Positions 36,320 to 49,306 of a DNA stretch of 64,000 nucleotides are shown in pieces. The notes below the pieces were generated by a model. The model searched no databases and was not told the origin of the DNA. It saw only the letters and a program-made list of their open reading frames with translations. Position numbers and translations under genes: made by a program. Position 1 is the first letter of the stretch; each line of letters opens with the position of its first letter. This stretch comes from Pseudomonadota bacterium (GTDB lineage: Bacteria; Pseudomonadota; Gammaproteobacteria; Steroidobacterales; Steroidobacteraceae), in the NCBI GenBank assembly GCA_025357635.1, contig JANXOV010000115.1:4471-68470 (forward strand), in the 5' to 3' direction.

Positions 36320-36492
36320 GTTTCATTCAAGTCGGGAACTATACGTCAAACCATCCCCTGCCGGCACCCGCTGCGGCCGCCGAGACGCTTTCGAAAGGTA
36401 TGAAAAAGCAAACCGAGGTCGCATTCTTAATCGTGCGCGAAACGAGCCTGCCGATCGATGCCAAGAGGTGAACGGGTCGATGCTGTACAAGT

Positions 36493-36524
36493 AAAAACCG
36501 GCTGAGTTTTGAGCCCAGCCGGTT
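36493..36524 (-). terminator. Rho-independent terminator after the His-rich protein gene
   Basis: The minus strand reads aaccggctgg-gctcaaaact-cagccggtt followed by ttttta. It lies about 55 nt downstream of the stop at 36578. Confidence 0.7.
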
Positions 36525-36577
36525 CGCCCTTCATCGACACGCAACGTCCCATGCGCAATGCATGAGCGTGCGCCATT

Positions 36578-36871
36578 TCACTTCTTGGCGGCCATCTTGT
36601 CCTCGGTCTTCGCCGCCGCATCATGCTCGGCGCCCAGCTCTTCGTGGTGCTTGGCGATCTCGGCGTGATGCTTCGCCATGCGCTTGTGATGCGCGGCCTG
36701 GGTCTTGTGAGAATCAGCCTGCTTGGCGTGCTCTTCCGTCGCAACTGCGGCAGTCTTTGCAGCAGTTTCATCGGCGGCCGGAGAAGCGGCACCGGCAACC
36801 GAGGCGGCACCGGCCATGAGCAGCGCAGCGGCCAGCCGTGTGGCTGTTAGTCTTGAGGTTCGTTGTAGCAT
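36578..36871 (-). CDS. Small secreted His/Lys/Ala-rich protein
   Basis: 97 aa. The signal peptide is MLQRTSRLTATRLAAALLMAGAASVAGAAS. The mature part is rich in H, K, A and E, with repeated AKHH units (HHKRMAKHHAEIAKHHEELGAEHD). Confidence 0.6.
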   Translation of the reverse strand: MLQRTSRLTATRLAAALLMAGAASVAGAASPAADETAAKTAAVATEEHAKQADSHKTQAAHHKRMAKHHAEIAKHHEELGAEHDAAAKTEDKMAAKK

Positions 36872-37584
36872 TGCGATTTCTCCATTGTTTTAACTGAATA
36901 TGAGCCAGCCCCAGACTATGGGCAAACTCTCAAGTCAGAAAAAGCATGTTAATGCGCATTTAGTGTTCTAAAAAACGCGCTCAATGCCACGGCGAGCTGG
37001 CGCGCGGATTAAAGGCAGCCTTGACCGCAGCGCGTCTTGGCCGCCGCTTCGCGGCACGATTGGACAATGAGCGGGACCTGCTGCGCTCAGCGCGGCGCCA
37101 GACCCTGCACGAAGGTGCAAAGAAAGCGATCGGCGATCTTACCCGGCGTGAGGCCGGCGTCGGCGCGGTGCCGACGATCGCCATGCCGCGCCGACTCCCC
37201 GGTGCGCCGCAAATAGAACGGTACGGTTTGTACGTACTGGTCGTTGCGAGCACCGCAGTCAGCAATGACAGCAGTGCTCCCAGCATGATCCCGCGGTTAT
37301 CCCGATGCGCGGGTCGCCGCGCGCACAACAGCGCCAGCGGAAACCTTGATGATCATCAGCAGTCGGCGACGTCGAGCGCGCGCGGGGCGTTAGTTGATCC
37401 ACGGCATCGCTCAGGGCATGGCGATGTCGTGAATGACCTGGACTTTGGACGCGCGGTAAAACACAACGGTGGCGGATGCGCTGCGCCGCGTCGACCGCTA
37501 CGAAGGGTTGACGCACTATCCCGCCTGGCGTAACTATGTCGCGCGCGCTGCCGACCATCGGAGGGCCGTGCTAACCTCGCCCGC

Positions 37585-39063
37585 ATGCGGATTGATGAGT
37601 ATGCAGCCCTCGATGCGGTCGCCCTATCAACGGCAGTGCGCGCCGGCGAGGTGTCGGCCGCCGAGGTGACGGAGGCGGCCATCGGCGCGATCGAGGCCGT
37701 CGAGCCACGGCTGAACGCTCTGGTGCTGAAGGACTTCGCGCAAGCGCGGCGGACCGCCCTGGGCGTGCCGCGGGATGCGCCGCTCGCCGGCGTACCGTTC
37801 CTCGTAAAGGACGTCAACCTTCAGGTGGCGGGATGGCCGACGACCCATTCCTCGCGCTTCTTTGCCGACGCCTCACCGCTGCCGGACAGCGAGCTCGTCG
37901 CGCGCTGGCGCCGCGCCGGCACTGTGTTTCTCGGCAAGACCAACACACCGGAGTTCGCCGATAACTTTGCGACCGAGCCGGTCTTTCGCGGCACGACTCT
38001 GAATCCCTGGAACCCGGCGTTCACCGTCGGCGGCTCGAGCGGCGGTGCTGCAGCCGCGGTTGCCAGCGGTATGGTGCCGGTGGCGCACGGCACGGATGTC
38101 GGCGGCTCGATCCGCGTGCCCGCCGCCTGCTGTGGTCTGTTCGGCCTGAAGCCGTCCCGCGGATTGAATCCGCTCGGTCCTCACCATGTGGAACTCGGCG
38201 GCGGATTAAATTGCGATCACGTCCTGTCGCGATCCGTGCGCGACAGCGCCGCGTTCCTCGATGCAAGCGCGGGTCCCGATCCCGGAGCGCAGTACCGGGT
38301 GATGCGGAGCGTGCCATCGTATCTCGCGGCGTTACAGGACCAGCGAGAGAATCTGCGCATTGCCGTCATCTCCCGAACGCTTGATGGCGGATCGGTTGAT
38401 CCTGAAATCGAAGCGCGGTTGCACGATGCGGCGCGACTCCTGGAGTCGCTTGGCCACACGATCGTACCGGCGCGGTTCCCGGTGGAAGTTGCCGCATTGG
38501 CCGCCGGCGAGGGCTGGATGCCGTTGTGGCTCATGGACATCGCGATGGTGATCCGCGACCGCACGACTGTACTGCACCGTGAGCCCGGACCCGATCAGAT
38601 CGAGACCATGCCGAGGTACGCGGTCGAGCGCATCGCCCGCATGAGCGCGCACGAATATCTCGACGTTCGCCGGCTCACGCACCGGATTTGCCTCGTGATG
38701 CTGCGGGCGTTCGGTGAGTTCGATCTGATCGTGACGCCATCGACCGCCACGCTACCACCGGCGGTCGGCGCCCTCGATGCCAACGCGCCGGATTTCGACC
38801 TGGCGCACTGGGGCACCGCCGGTTACGCGTTCGCTCCGTTCTCCGAGATCTTCAACGTGACGGGGCAGCCTGCCGCGAGCCTCCCGCTGTATCAGTCTGT
38901 GTCCGGATTGCCGATCGGCATCCAGCTCGTGGGCCGACAGGACGAGGATTATCGTCTGCTGCGTGTTGCCGCAGACCTGGAGGCGGCGACCGCTTGGACG
39001 AACCGGCATCCGCCGGTGTGGGCAGTGGCGAGGCGGGCAAAGAGTAGCTTTGATCGCTCCTGA
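37585..39063 (+). CDS. Amidase-signature family amidase
   Basis: 492 aa with the GGSSGGAAAAVA and GTDVGGSIRVPA motifs of the amidase signature family. Confidence 0.85.
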   Translation: MRIDEYAALDAVALSTAVRAGEVSAAEVTEAAIGAIEAVEPRLNALVLKDFAQARRTALGVPRDAPLAGVPFLVKDVNLQVAGWPTTHSSRFFADASPLPDSELVARWRRAGTVFLGKTNTPEFADNFATEPVFRGTTLNPWNPAFTVGGSSGGAAAAVASGMVPVAHGTDVGGSIRVPAACCGLFGLKPSRGLNPLGPHHVELGGGLNCDHVLSRSVRDSAAFLDASAGPDPGAQYRVMRSVPSYLAALQDQRENLRIAVISRTLDGGSVDPEIEARLHDAARLLESLGHTIVPARFPVEVAALAAGEGWMPLWLMDIAMVIRDRTTVLHREPGPDQIETMPRYAVERIARMSAHEYLDVRRLTHRICLVMLRAFGEFDLIVTPSTATLPPAVGALDANAPDFDLAHWGTAGYAFAPFSEIFNVTGQPAASLPLYQSVSGLPIGIQLVGRQDEDYRLLRVAADLEAATAWTNRHPPVWAVARRAKSSFDRS

Positions 39064-39103
39064 TTGCCGCTTCAGGCTGCTTTCCAGAAGCCGAGCGCAC
39101 CAC

Positions 39104-39138
39104 AAAAAAAGAGCGGACCCCATGGTCCGCTCTTTCTC
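39104..39138 (-). terminator. Rho-independent terminator for groEL (hairpin shared with the convergent amidase gene)
   Basis: agagcggacc-ccat-ggtccgctct is a perfect 10-bp stem. A T7 run follows on the minus strand and ttctc follows on the plus strand. Confidence 0.8.
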
Positions 39139-39181
39139 GTACAAGGCTGACTGCGCGAACCTTGCGGTCCGCGCAATGGAC

Positions 39182-40843
<1,662 letters not shown>

Positions 40844-40878
40844 CTAGATTGAATGTGTTGATGAATGATCGAAGAGGC

Positions 40879-41172
40879 TTATTTGCCCTCGATCACCGCC
40901 ATGACGTCTTCTTCGCGCATGACGACGAGTTCGTCGCCATCCATCTTCACTTCGGTACCGCTGTACTTGCCGAAGAGAATCTTGTCGCCGACCTTGACGT
41001 CGAGCGGACGGACCTTGCCGTCTTCAAGAATCTTGCCTTTACCAACGGCGACGATCTTGCCGAAGATGGGCTTCTCGGTGGCGGTGTCAGGGATCAGGAT
41101 CCCACCGGGTGACTTTCGCTCTTCTTCTTCACGTTTCACAATCACACGATCATGAAGTGGACGGATCTTCAT
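40879..41172 (-). CDS. groES: Co-chaperonin GroES
   Basis: 97 aa, [28 protein letters not shown]... Confidence 0.97.
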   Translation of the reverse strand: MKIRPLHDRVIVKREEEERKSPGGILIPDTATEKPIFGKIVAVGKGKILEDGKVRPLDVKVGDKILFGKYSGTEVKMDGDELVVMREEDVMAVIEGK

Positions 41173-41250
41173 AGGACAAAACTCCTAAAGCTGTTGAACA
41201 CTAAAAATGGGCGGGGCTGGGCTTGTTAGCACTCTTCCCCTGCGGCTGCT

Positions 41251-41284
41251 AATGATAGCGGCGAGTTTGAGACTTTCAAGGGGG
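41251..41284 (-). promoter_or_regulatory. Candidate sigma-32 (heat-shock) promoter of groES-groEL
   Basis: The minus strand reads CCCCCTTGAAA-(15 nt)-CTATCATT, about 80-110 nt upstream of the groES ATG. The -35 matches the CTTGAAA consensus well. The -10 resembles CCCCATNT only partly. Confidence 0.4.
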
Positions 41285-41322
41285 TTGGCGTTAATTTGAA
41301 CGGACCCCTAGACTGCCGATCT

Positions 41323-41907
41323 ATGAAAAAAGCAATGCTGCTCCTGCTCTTGTGGCCGGCGCTCACGCTGGCCCAGCCGTGGTGGTTGAAGGGAAATCAG
41401 GCCAAAGACGCTGATTTCCTGCCCCCCGACGAGGCGTTCCGGGTCTCCTCCCGTATCGATGGCAATCTGATCCGCATCCGCTGGCTGATCGCCGACGGGT
41501 ACTACCTGTATCGCAGTAAATTTGACATAACACCGGAGAGCCCCGGATTGATCCTGGATCCCGCCGTCCTGCCGAACGGCACATCGACGACCGATGAGTA
41601 CTTTGGCACTCAGGAAATTTACCTGCAGGAAGTGCAAAGCATGGTCGGCTACCGGCGTACCGACGGCGGCGCGCACCCTCTGCAGATCAAAGTCACCTAT
41701 CAAGGCTGCGCCGAGGCGGGTTTGTGCTATCCCCCGCTGGTCAAGGTGTTGCACCCTGAAGCCTCGGTGGCGCCTCCGATCGCCCAAATGGCAGCAAGTG
41801 TGCAAAGTCCGCGGGCAGCGCCCGCCATTGCAGCGCTGGCGGGTGTGCTGGTGTTCTTCGTGGCTGGCATCGCCTTGCGTCGCCGCCGCATCCCGGCTCA
41901 CTCATGA
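41323..41907 (+). CDS. Stand-alone DsbD N-terminal (alpha) domain protein with a C-terminal membrane anchor
   Basis: Signal peptide MKKAMLLLLLWPALTLA. FLPPDEAFRVSS...WLIADGYYLYRSKF and the Cys pair YQGCAEAGLCYPP are typical of DsbD-alpha. A hydrophobic tail (AIAALAGVLVFFVAGIAL) follows. Start set to ATG 41323. Confidence 0.7.
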   Translation: MKKAMLLLLLWPALTLAQPWWLKGNQAKDADFLPPDEAFRVSSRIDGNLIRIRWLIADGYYLYRSKFDITPESPGLILDPAVLPNGTSTTDEYFGTQEIYLQEVQSMVGYRRTDGGAHPLQIKVTYQGCAEAGLCYPPLVKVLHPEASVAPPIAQMAASVQSPRAAPAIAALAGVLVFFVAGIALRRRRIPAHS

Positions 41908-42599
41908 ATGCCACGCTGCGGATCGGCCTGACCGCCTGTGTGTCGATTGCGGCGCTCTGGGCTGGCGCACACCTGTATCTGAACCGCGTTACCCGCGCAG
42001 CCGAGAGGGGTGTCTCCGTACCCGCCGGGCAGGCCAGCGCACCAACCCCTGCAGACTCGATGTCACCGCTGGACGCGGCGTTCCCGGCGCCCACCAAGGT
42101 GCCGGACAAGCTACCCGGCTTTACACTGGCTGACCTTGACGGCAAACCCACGCCGGTTGGCCGCTGGCAGGGTAAATCGCTGATGATCAATTTCTGGGCG
42201 ACCTGGTGCGCGCCCTGCCGCCGGGAAATTCCGCTACTGCAGGCGTTGCACGCTGAAAGAGCCGGAAAAGACTTCGAAATTATCGGTATCGCCGTCGATT
42301 ACGCCGACAAAGTGCGTAGTTTTCGCGATCAGTACAAGATCACCTATCCGCTGCTCGTGGGCGAACAGGATGCGCTCGATCTGGTCGCCGCGGTCGGGAT
42401 CGAGCAACCTGCTTTTCCCTTCACCGTGTTCACCGACCGGCGCGGTCAGATCGTGACGCTCTATCTGGGGGAGCTGAAGCGGCCCGAGGCGCAGGCCATA
42501 CTGGACGTCGTGGCGCAGGTGAATCAGGACCGGCTCGCATTGCCGGCGGCGCGCGTGCGCATCGGCGAGCGCGTCGCCGCCCTTCACGGCAAACCCTGA
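41904..42599 (+). CDS. TlpA-family periplasmic thiol:disulfide oxidoreductase
   Basis: 231 aa with an N-terminal anchor and the thioredoxin motif NFWATWCAPCRREIP. Its start overlaps the previous gene's stop. Confidence 0.8.
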   Translation: MNATLRIGLTACVSIAALWAGAHLYLNRVTRAAERGVSVPAGQASAPTPADSMSPLDAAFPAPTKVPDKLPGFTLADLDGKPTPVGRWQGKSLMINFWATWCAPCRREIPLLQALHAERAGKDFEIIGIAVDYADKVRSFRDQYKITYPLLVGEQDALDLVAAVGIEQPAFPFTVFTDRRGQIVTLYLGELKRPEAQAILDVVAQVNQDRLALPAARVRIGERVAALHGKP

Positions 42600-42618
42600 T
42601 CGGCCCGATTCCCCAAGA

Positions 42619-44829
42619 CTACGGCGCGCTCGGCGCCGGCTGTGCGCGGAATGCGGCCCAGCTCTGGTCGATCAGGTAGGCGTGGATGTTATCAACGTCT
42701 TTTTCGCTGAGCAGGTCGTCGAATTTTTCCATGCCGTTCGGCGCCAGCACGCCGCGCAAGACGATGTCTTTGAAAATCGCGTGCCGGCCGGCACTGAGTC
42801 TGCGCAAATCGGGAGTCGAACTGGCGCCCATCGCATGACAGCGCGAGCATTCCTGTATGAATTTCAATTCGCCTGCGTGGACCTGCGCCGCACTGGCCTT
42901 CTGCGGCGGCGGCTCGGCGAATGGCTCCTCCACGCGCGGCGCCGGTGTCGGTACCGGACCGCCGCCCAGCTTGAACGCAATGATGCGGTTTTCGTTCTGG
43001 AACCTCAGCGCCGCGCTGCTCGGTGGAATCGGGCCAACGGTGATGGCCGCACCGCCATAACCGACTTGCACCGCAATGAACTGCTCGCCGTTGACGGCAT
43101 AGGTCATGGGCGCCGCCATGATGTGGCTTCCTGTCGGCAGCGTCTTCAGGATTTTTCCGGTATCGGCCGCATACGCCCATAACTCGCCGCTGCCGCGGCC
43201 CTGAAACACGAGATTGCCCGCGCTGGAGAGCACCCCGCCGTCATAGCCGCGCACACCGCCGGAGGTCTCGTGCTCCCAGATCACTTTCTGCGCAACCGGG
43301 TCCCAGGCGCGCAGCAGCTCGCGCACTTGCTTTTCCGGGCGCTCGGCCGTGAGCGTCTGCAGCGGCGGCATCGGTCCATAGAGCCGCAGCAGATCGGCGG
43401 CGTTGTAGGTGTCATCGGGCATGACGGCATTCGCCGTGAAGAAGCCGTTGATGAATGTCACGGCGCCACCGTTGTGCAGCATGTCGACCCATACATTGGG
43501 AACATCCAGCACCGGGATGTAGACCAGACGGGTCTGCGCACTGAAGGACATCGGGTGCCAGGTGTGTCCACCGGCCCAGGACGGATACACGTTTTTCGGC
43601 GACTCGTACCAGTCCGAGGTGCGCGTCAGCAGCGGCCGGCCGGTTTTCAGATCGACACCGGATGCCCAGTTCACATAGGTATAGTTCTTCGCCGACAGCA
43701 ATTTGCCGGTCTTGCGATCCAGCACATAAAAAAATCCGTTCTTCGACGCTTGCATGATCACGTGCCGCGTGACGCCGTCGATGGCCAGATCCGCGAAAAT
43801 CATCTTTTGCACGGCATCGTAGTCCCAGCTGTCATGCGGGGTGGTCTGGTAATGCCACGCCAGGCGGCCGGTGTCGGCATGCAGCGCGAGAATCGACGCG
43901 GTGAAAAGCGCGTCGAGTTTCGACGGCCCCAACAGCCGCAAATCGTAAGGCGCCGCGTTGGCCGTGCCGAAGTAGACCAGATTCAAATCCGGGTCATAGG
44001 ACATTCCGTCCCAGGCCGTGCCGCCCCCTTGATACTTCGCCTCGCGGTGTGGATCCCAGGTCTTGGCCGCCAACGCCAGTTCCGGATGCTCGAAGGGCTT
44101 GCCCACGGCCGGCGGTACCGTGAAGAACCGCCATTTGAATGCGCCGGTCTGCAGGTCATACGCGGATACATAGCCGCGAACACCCACATGGCCCATGTCC
44201 GAACCGCTGTTGCCGATGACCACGACATTGCCGGCGATTTGCGGCGCGCCGGTACTCGAATAGGGCCGCTTGTGATCGATGACGGTATCGGCCTCCCAGA
44301 TTTTTTCCCCGGTTGCGGCGTTCAACGCATGCAGGCGTCCGTCGACGGAGGCCACATAGACCCGGCCCTTCCACACCGCGACGCCGCGATTGACCAGATC
44401 GCAGCAGGGATTGCGAGCCGCGGAATACACCGCCTTGGGATCGTAGCGCCAGCGCTCGCGCCCCGTGGCTGCGTCGAGTGCGTACACATACCCCCAGGTG
44501 CCTGAGGTGTACATCAGGCCATCGACGACGATCGGCGTGGCTTCCTGCCCGCGCCGTGGGGAGCCCAGGTCATACGCCCAGGCAAATCCCAAGCGCTCGA
44601 CATTGCCGGCATTGATATCCGCAAGCGGCGAAAAATAGCTGCCGTCTTGGTCGCGGCCGCCGGTGAACCAGTTCTGCGGCTCGGCGGAGGCGGCGCGCAG
44701 CCGCGCGGCATCGACATCGCCGGGCGGTCGCGCGGTGGCGGCCGCTGCGGGCAAGCATGCCGACAGCGCCAGCACGAGCGCGCCCAGGCATTTCGCGGCG
44801 CAAGGACGATAGAGCTTAGAACAATCCAT
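42619..44829 (-). CDS. PQQ-dependent quinohemoprotein alcohol dehydrogenase (type II ADH-like)
   Basis: 736 aa with a signal peptide, an eight-bladed PQQ propeller region with repeated W-containing motifs, and a C-terminal cytochrome c domain with CSRCH. Confidence 0.8.
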   Translation of the reverse strand: MDCSKLYRPCAAKCLGALVLALSACLPAAAATARPPGDVDAARLRAASAEPQNWFTGGRDQDGSYFSPLADINAGNVERLGFAWAYDLGSPRRGQEATPIVVDGLMYTSGTWGYVYALDAATGRERWRYDPKAVYSAARNPCCDLVNRGVAVWKGRVYVASVDGRLHALNAATGEKIWEADTVIDHKRPYSSTGAPQIAGNVVVIGNSGSDMGHVGVRGYVSAYDLQTGAFKWRFFTVPPAVGKPFEHPELALAAKTWDPHREAKYQGGGTAWDGMSYDPDLNLVYFGTANAAPYDLRLLGPSKLDALFTASILALHADTGRLAWHYQTTPHDSWDYDAVQKMIFADLAIDGVTRHVIMQASKNGFFYVLDRKTGKLLSAKNYTYVNWASGVDLKTGRPLLTRTSDWYESPKNVYPSWAGGHTWHPMSFSAQTRLVYIPVLDVPNVWVDMLHNGGAVTFINGFFTANAVMPDDTYNAADLLRLYGPMPPLQTLTAERPEKQVRELLRAWDPVAQKVIWEHETSGGVRGYDGGVLSSAGNLVFQGRGSGELWAYAADTGKILKTLPTGSHIMAAPMTYAVNGEQFIAVQVGYGGAAITVGPIPPSSAALRFQNENRIIAFKLGGGPVPTPAPRVEEPFAEPPPQKASAAQVHAGELKFIQECSRCHAMGASSTPDLRRLSAGRHAIFKDIVLRGVLAPNGMEKFDDLLSEKDVDNIHAYLIDQSWAAFRAQPAPSAP

Positions 44830-45205
44830 AAATCACCTGCAGCAATCCCCACAAGGAAGCGCCCCACACCAGCGTACGCAGATGCGCAACACCGGCAATG
44901 TAGATGGGCAGATAAATCAGGCGCGCCAAGACATAGACCTGGGCACCCAACGCAGTGTGCTCGGTGTTGGTCTTGGCCAGCACCACGGCGAGCACGGCCG
45001 CCGCAAAAAAAGGAAACGTCTCGAGAAAATTACGGCTGGCCCGGTGTGCACGTGCCGCCGCTCCGGCCAATGGCATCTGGCTGCCCTCACGGTTGCCGGC
45101 ATTCCATTTCAGACCGCGCTGATGCGTGGCCAGGCCGGCGGCGATGAACACCTGCGCCAGGCCCAGAACCACTGACCAGCCCAGCATTTTCAATTCGATG
45201 ATCAT
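44816..45205 (-). CDS. MAPEG-family membrane protein
   Basis: 129 aa with four hydrophobic helices. LKWNAGNREG...HRASRNFLETFPFF is typical of bacterial MAPEG proteins. It overlaps the ADH start by 14 nt. Confidence 0.65.
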   Translation of the reverse strand: MIIELKMLGWSVVLGLAQVFIAAGLATHQRGLKWNAGNREGSQMPLAGAAARAHRASRNFLETFPFFAAAVLAVVLAKTNTEHTALGAQVYVLARLIYLPIYIAGVAHLRTLVWGASLWGLLQVIYGLF

Positions 45206-45247
45206 CGATCGATTCCCGATTCGCCGTGTGTTGAATCATGCCCGATT

Positions 45248-46867
45248 TCAGCGAAACAGCAGCACTGCTTTTTGCAACGTGACCGTCACGCCCCACAGCA
45301 TCGGGATCAGAACGGCCATCCAGGCGGCCAGCAGGAGCGCCATCGGCGTGGTATGCGCGCTGCTTGGCGCCAAGCCGTCCGCAACGCGCGGCGCCGGGCC
45401 TGGGGTGGTGGAGTCTTCGGACACAAATTCATTGTCTGCGACCGGCCGGACCGCGTAGTTGCACACCAACCCGACCGTCAGCAATCCGGCGAGAATGTAC
45501 ATCGTGACGCTGTAGGCCTCGGCGCGGGCGATGCCGTGGTCGAGCTGGTATTCACGAATATAGTTGACCAGCACCGGGCCGAGCACGCCGGCGGTGGACC
45601 AGGCGGTCAGCAATCGCCCATGAATGGCGCCGACCATCCTGGTGCCGAACAGATCGGCCAGGTACGCAGGCACCGTGGCAAAGCCGCCGCCGTACATCGA
45701 CAGGACAGTGCAGAACCCTGCGACAAACAACGCAAGGCTCCCGCTTCGAGCGGCCCAGGGAAGCGAGGCGTACAACGCGATGCCGAGCAGGAAGAATACA
45801 TAATAGGTGGTCTTGCGTCCGATGGTGTCCGACAGCGATGCCCAGAAAAATCGGCCGGCGATGTTGAAGAGGGACAACAATCCGGTGAAAGCGGCTGCGA
45901 TAGCGGCGATTTGCGATTTTTCCGCGGTGGACAGATCAGCGAATCCTTTGGCGATGCCGATCAACCGGCCGCCGAACACTTCCTGCAACAGCGGTGAGGC
46001 CATGCCGAGTATGCCGATGCCGGCCGTGACGTTCAGACACAGCACGCCCCACACCAGCCAGAACTGGCGTGTCCGCCACGCCTTGTGCAAGGGGACATAC
46101 CGGCTCTGTGCGGCGCGTGGCGCCGAATCCGCGACACCGGCAATCCCCGGCCGCCAGCCCTCGCGCGGCAGTCGATAACCAAACGCGCCGCCGAGCATGA
46201 ACAGAAAATAGATCGCCGCGAGCGCGAGAAAGGTCTGCCAGACGCCGACGGACTGATCGGTGGCGAACCATTTCATCATCCTGTCGGCTAGCGGCGCACC
46301 GATCATTGCGCCGCCGCCGAAGCCCATGATGGCCATGCCGGTGGCCATGCCGCGTCGATCCGGAAACCACTTGATGAGCATCGATACGGGCGAAATGTAG
46401 CCCAACCCCAGGCCGATGCCGCCGATGATCCCCGAGCCAACCCACAGCATCCATAGTTGGTGCCAATACACACCGGCGGCCGATATGACCAGCCCGCCGC
46501 ACCAGCAAACGGTTGATACCACGCCTGCGGTGCGCGGCCCGACCCGCTCCAGCCATCCGCCCCAGGTAGCGGCTGCGGAGCCTAGAAACACGAAAAAAAG
46601 CGTGTACATCCAACCCAGTTCGGAGACCTTCCAGTCGCACTGTGTTGTGAAGGCGCGCGCGAGCACGCCCATTTCCCGGGGACAATCCAGTGGATGATCG
46701 ATGCCCACGGCGCGTGACAGCGGCAGCCAGAAGACGGAAAAGCCATAGGCCATGCCAATGCACAGATGAATGGCGAGCGCGGCCGGCGGCACCAGCCAGC
46801 GATTGAATCCGGGAGGGGCGATGATGCGTTGTTTGCTGAACAAGGCGATCGGCTGGACGGTCGACAT
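45248..46867 (-). CDS. MFS transporter, oxalate/formate antiporter (OFA)-like
   Basis: Start moved to ATG 46867 ([49 protein letters not shown]), with GAAGGA upstream. About 12 TM segments. Confidence 0.7.
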   Translation of the reverse strand: MSTVQPIALFSKQRIIAPPGFNRWLVPPAALAIHLCIGMAYGFSVFWLPLSRAVGIDHPLDCPREMGVLARAFTTQCDWKVSELGWMYTLFFVFLGSAAATWGGWLERVGPRTAGVVSTVCWCGGLVISAAGVYWHQLWMLWVGSGIIGGIGLGLGYISPVSMLIKWFPDRRGMATGMAIMGFGGGAMIGAPLADRMMKWFATDQSVGVWQTFLALAAIYFLFMLGGAFGYRLPREGWRPGIAGVADSAPRAAQSRYVPLHKAWRTRQFWLVWGVLCLNVTAGIGILGMASPLLQEVFGGRLIGIAKGFADLSTAEKSQIAAIAAAFTGLLSLFNIAGRFFWASLSDTIGRKTTYYVFFLLGIALYASLPWAARSGSLALFVAGFCTVLSMYGGGFATVPAYLADLFGTRMVGAIHGRLLTAWSTAGVLGPVLVNYIREYQLDHGIARAEAYSVTMYILAGLLTVGLVCNYAVRPVADNEFVSEDSTTPGPAPRVADGLAPSSAHTTPMALLLAAWMAVLIPMLWGVTVTLQKAVLLFR

Positions 46868-47007
46868 GGTGGATCCTTCAGAATCGCCTGATTGTCGTCG
46901 TGCGCGTGAGAATAGGAGCAGATCGGCGCAAGACCTTGCTTTTTCCACCCCTGATCGGGTTAATATCCTGGACCTTTTATAACGGCTGCGCGCCGCACGG
47001 CTGGTCA

Positions 47008-47466
47008 ATGGCCCGGATTCTGCTCATAAACGGCCCCAATCTCAACCTGCTCGGTACGCGCGAGCCGGAAGTCTATGGGTCCACCACCCTGCCGCAGATC
47101 GAGGCTCGGCTGGCTGACGTCGCGCGTAAATCCGGGCACGAGTTGGTTTGTTTTCAAAGCAACGCTGAACATGCGCTGGTGGAGCGCATCCATGCGACCA
47201 AGGACGAAGGCGTCGCGTTCTTGATCATCAATCCGGGCGCCTTGACCCATACCAGCATCGCCTTGCGCGATGCGCTGCTCGGGGTGGGACTGCCTTTCAT
47301 CGAGGTTCACCTGAGCAATGTTTTCGCACGCGAAAGCTTCCGGCACACGTCCTTTCTGTCCGATGTCGCCGTCGGCTGCATTGTCGGGCTGGGCGCGGTC
47401 GGCTACGAGCTCGCGCTCGAGGCGGCCGCGCGGCGGCTCGCCGGCATCGAACAGCGTCACTCTTGA
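47008..47466 (+). CDS. aroQ: Type II 3-dehydroquinate dehydratase
   Basis: [24 protein letters not shown]...HLSNVFARE. Start set to ATG 47008. Confidence 0.93.
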   Translation: MARILLINGPNLNLLGTREPEVYGSTTLPQIEARLADVARKSGHELVCFQSNAEHALVERIHATKDEGVAFLIINPGALTHTSIALRDALLGVGLPFIEVHLSNVFARESFRHTSFLSDVAVGCIVGLGAVGYELALEAAARRLAGIEQRHS

Positions 47467-47481
47467 AGGGGATAAGCGGCA

Positions 47482-47934
47482 ATGGATATTCGAAAAGTAA
47501 AAAAATTAATCGAACTGCTCGAAGAATCGGGCATTGCGGAGCTGGAAATTTCAGAAGGCGAAGAATCCGTGCGCATCAGCCGCTACCCGCGCGGCGGCAC
47601 CACCGTCCAGGCGGCGCCAATGATGCAGATGTCCGCGCCCGCGGCAGCGCCTGCGCTGCCTGCAACCTCAACCAGTTCCGCCCCCTTGAGTGCAAAGCAT
47701 GATCACACCGTGGCCTCGCCCATGGTCGGCACCTATTATTCCGCCGCCTCGCCCGGCGCCAAGGCATTCGTCGAACTGGGAACGGAGATCAAAGTCGGCC
47801 AGGTGCTGTGCATCATCGAAGCGATGAAGATGATGAACCAGATCGAATCGGAAAAGTCCGGCCGCGTCACCGCAATCCTGGCCAAGAACGGCGACCCCGT
47901 CGAATTCGGGCAACCCCTGTTCATCATCGAATAG
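47482..47934 (+). CDS. accB: Acetyl-CoA carboxylase biotin carboxyl carrier protein
   Basis: 150 aa with the biotinylation motif [10 protein letters not shown]. Confidence 0.95.
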   Translation: MDIRKVKKLIELLEESGIAELEISEGEESVRISRYPRGGTTVQAAPMMQMSAPAAAPALPATSTSSAPLSAKHDHTVASPMVGTYYSAASPGAKAFVELGTEIKVGQVLCIIEAMKMMNQIESEKSGRVTAILAKNGDPVEFGQPLFIIE

Positions 47935-47939
47935 CCGCA

Positions 47940-49283
<1,344 letters not shown>

Positions 49284-49306
49284 GCGTTGCCCGCCGAGCG
49301 GCAGGC

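Noticed and set aside
36320-36492. Possible molybdenum-cofactor riboswitch in the fdsA leader
   Set aside because: I could not find the conserved Moco-motif elements or a convincing multi-stem structure by eye. It would need a covariance-model scan (Rfam RF01055) to be revisited.
43270-44505. 411-aa plus-strand ORF
   Set aside because: It is antisense to the PQQ quinohemoprotein dehydrogenase, a shadow frame.
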